Source: Thermoplasmatota archaeon (GTDB taxonomy: Archaea; Thermoplasmatota; Penumbrarchaeia; Penumbrarchaeales; Penumbrarchaeaceae). Taken from it: a stretch of 33,893 bases of DNA. The stretch is taken from the NCBI GenBank assembly GCA_049472175.1, contig JBLIRF010000002.1:1-33893 (forward strand), read 5' to 3'. How positions within the stretch are numbered: the first letter of the stretch is position 1; each line of letters starts with the position of its first letter. Made by a program: the position numbers and the translations under genes. Under the pieces are notes generated by a model, which had not been told where the DNA came from, did not search any database, and saw nothing but the letters and a program-made list of their open reading frames with translations. This document shows, piece by piece, positions 32,530-33,893 of this stretch.

Positions 32530-33369
32530 ATGCGCTGGAACGAGAAGCTACTGAGCTCCCTCGTGAGAAGGACCGTTCTCTGTGTCGGGCTGGATACCGA
32601 CATGGAGAAGTTCCCCGCATCGATGAGGGAAGGCGAGCTTCCGCAGTTCGAGAGGAACAGGGAGCTGATAGATGCAACGGCGGATGTGGCAGCGGCCTAC
32701 AAGTTGAACCAGGCATTCTACGAGGTACAGGGGGAGGAAGGGGTAAAAGCCCTGGAAAGGACCGTATCCTACATCAACAGGGAGCATCCAGAAGCTCTCG
32801 TTATCCTGGATGCGAAGAAAGGGGATATCGGCAATACGTCGAGAGCTTATGCCAGAGCGGCGTTCGAGAAGCTCGGGGCTGACTCCATAACCGTGAACGG
32901 TTATATGGGCAAGGATGCCGTGATACCTTTCTCGGAACATAAGGATAAACTGGTATTCGTCCTCTGCAGGACCTCGAATGCTGCAGCAGGTCAGGTCCAG
33001 AACACACCGTCACCCGAGGAGCCCCTGTTCCTTAGGATGGCAAGGATGATATCGGAATGGAACGAGACCGGGAACCTGGGCCTGGTCGTCGGTGCAACCT
33101 ATCCGGAAGAGCTCAAGATGGTCCGTGACCTGGTGGGTTTCGACATGCCCATCCTGGTCCCGGGTGTGGGAGCTCAAGGGGGTGACCTCATGAAGGTCCT
33201 CCAATACGGCACTGACCTCGAAGGAAGGGGTGTGCTCATCAATGTTTCCAGAGGTATCATGTTCTCGTTCCTGAAGGATGATGCCGATTATGTCTTCTCT
33301 GCCAGCAGGGCGGCGGAGGAGTATGCTGCAGAGATCCGCAGAACAATGAAGGACCTCGGGAGATGGTAG
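32530..33369 (+). CDS. pyrF: Orotidine 5'-phosphate decarboxylase (type 2)
   Basis: CVGLDTD, LDAKKGDIGNTS, ITVNGYMG and VPGVGAQGG are present. At 279 aa it is the long PyrF type. Confidence 0.92.
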   Translation: MRWNEKLLSSLVRRTVLCVGLDTDMEKFPASMREGELPQFERNRELIDATADVAAAYKLNQAFYEVQGEEGVKALERTVSYINREHPEALVILDAKKGDIGNTSRAYARAAFEKLGADSITVNGYMGKDAVIPFSEHKDKLVFVLCRTSNAAAGQVQNTPSPEEPLFLRMARMISEWNETGNLGLVVGATYPEELKMVRDLVGFDMPILVPGVGAQGGDLMKVLQYGTDLEGRGVLINVSRGIMFSFLKDDADYVFSASRAAEEYAAEIRRTMKDLGRW

Positions 33370-33370
33370 T

Positions 33371-33712
33371 ATGAGAGAGGATGATGAAGGACCGGGCAAG
33401 GGGATAAACCTCGTCGTGAGGGCGAGTCCGATCTCGGGTTCCGGAATAGCGAGGGTACATATCTCGATACTTGAGCTCGCGGAATTCACCGAAGGCAAGG
33501 TCGCCCTATTTGTCTGCGGAAACCGCAAGAGAGTGCTCCGCCTTGTCGGCGACAGCATGATGATAAGGGGCAAGGTATCTCTCAGGAAGAAGGACATGGA
33601 ATGGCTCGGTGTGAGGGAGGGCAGCAAGGTCACGCTGTTCCCCGTGGTCAATATCGGAGATCGTATCAAAGAAAGGCTCAAGATGTTCCGATCCCGGGAT
33701 GATGAGGTATGA
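33371..33712 (+). CDS. Stand-alone CDC48/VAT N-terminal-like (double-psi beta-barrel) protein
   Basis: LVVRASPISGSGIARVHISILELAEFTEGKVALFVCGNRKRVLRLVGDSMMIRGKVSLRKKDMEWLGVREGSKVTLFPV follows the VAT-N pattern: LRV.EA...G.aRl, then GD.V.i, then iR.d...R.n.Gv..Gd.V.v. The ATG lies 1 nt after the pyrF stop. Confidence 0.5.
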   Translation: MREDDEGPGKGINLVVRASPISGSGIARVHISILELAEFTEGKVALFVCGNRKRVLRLVGDSMMIRGKVSLRKKDMEWLGVREGSKVTLFPVVNIGDRIKERLKMFRSRDDEV

Positions 33713-33893
33713 AGGACCTGATCGAGAAGAGCCCCAGCAAGCTTGACGGACCTTCCATCATGGAGGCCGTAAAGGAGAGGATGGTGGAGTACAGGTTCAA
33801 TATTGACGAGTACAATCTGTCCACGAGAAGGATAGAGGGAAGGAGGAACAATCTGGACAAGGTGATACTCGGACTCAACAGGAAGCTGGCAGT
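33709..33893 (+). CDS. Hypothetical coiled-coil protein, N-terminal fragment; runs off the window end
   Basis: ATG 33709 overlaps the upstream TGA (ATGA). The sequence begins MKDLIEKSPSKLDGPSIMEAVKERMVEYRFNIDEYNLSTRRIEGRRNNLDKVILGLNRKLA... The reading frame stays open to the window end. Confidence 0.45.
   Translation, partial: MKDLIEKSPSKLDGPSIMEAVKERMVEYRFNIDEYNLSTRRIEGRRNNLDKVILGLNRKLA

Noticed and set aside
1-33893. Scan for tRNA/rRNA genes, CRISPR repeats, IS elements or integrases, restriction-modification, Cas, or other known defence or secretion gene sets
   Set aside because: No T-loop/acceptor-like tRNA signatures (GGTTCGAATCC-type) occur outside coding frames. There are no regularly spaced direct repeats. 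No transposase, integrase, nuclease or methyltransferase motifs were recognised. This was a by-eye scan only, so tRNAscan/Infernal and profile searches are still needed to confirm the negatives.

Overview
This looks like a densely packed archaeal chromosomal segment. The gene content is diagnostic: aIF2-alpha, aRF1, Nop10, Alba, r-proteins L44e/S27e/L40e, a Kae1-Bud32 fusion, mevalonate kinase, archaeal-type PPAT and UMP kinase. A Thermoplasmatota-like euryarchaeon is my guess only. I support about 35 CDS, roughly 90% coding. Many neighbouring genes have overlapping or nearly abutting start/stop codons, and several convergent gene pairs have stop codons 5 nt apart or overlapping. The ORF track uses TTG/GTG as 'M' and drops ORFs under 60 aa, so several starts needed trimming. 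Three genes had to be recovered by hand: Nop10, L40e, and a KaiC-like ATPase truncated at the window start. I saw no tRNA, rRNA, CRISPR array, transposase/integrase or recognisable defence gene. Most of the window is housekeeping (translation, nucleotide and CoA metabolism, isoprenoid synthesis). I cannot demonstrate a new system from sequence alone. The parts not explained by housekeeping, in my order of interest: (1) a ~1300-aa membrane-anchored orphan protein plus a small overlapping single-pass partner gene joined at a G6 tract (4518-8937); (2) an internally duplicated Lrp/AsnC-like regulator divergent from an RND/MMPL exporter across an AT-rich spacer with a repeated GATATT motif (21978-26062); (3) two paralogous small ribbon-helix-helix-like proteins (397-711 and 13134-13460), one sitting upstream of the KaiC-like ATPase; (4) a 1279-aa integrin-like type I surface protein with a 103-aa cytoplasmic tail (14917-18756); (5) a PH/GRAM-like protein with a long acidic tail (2317-3369). 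All family calls come from motif recognition by eye. No database search was run.
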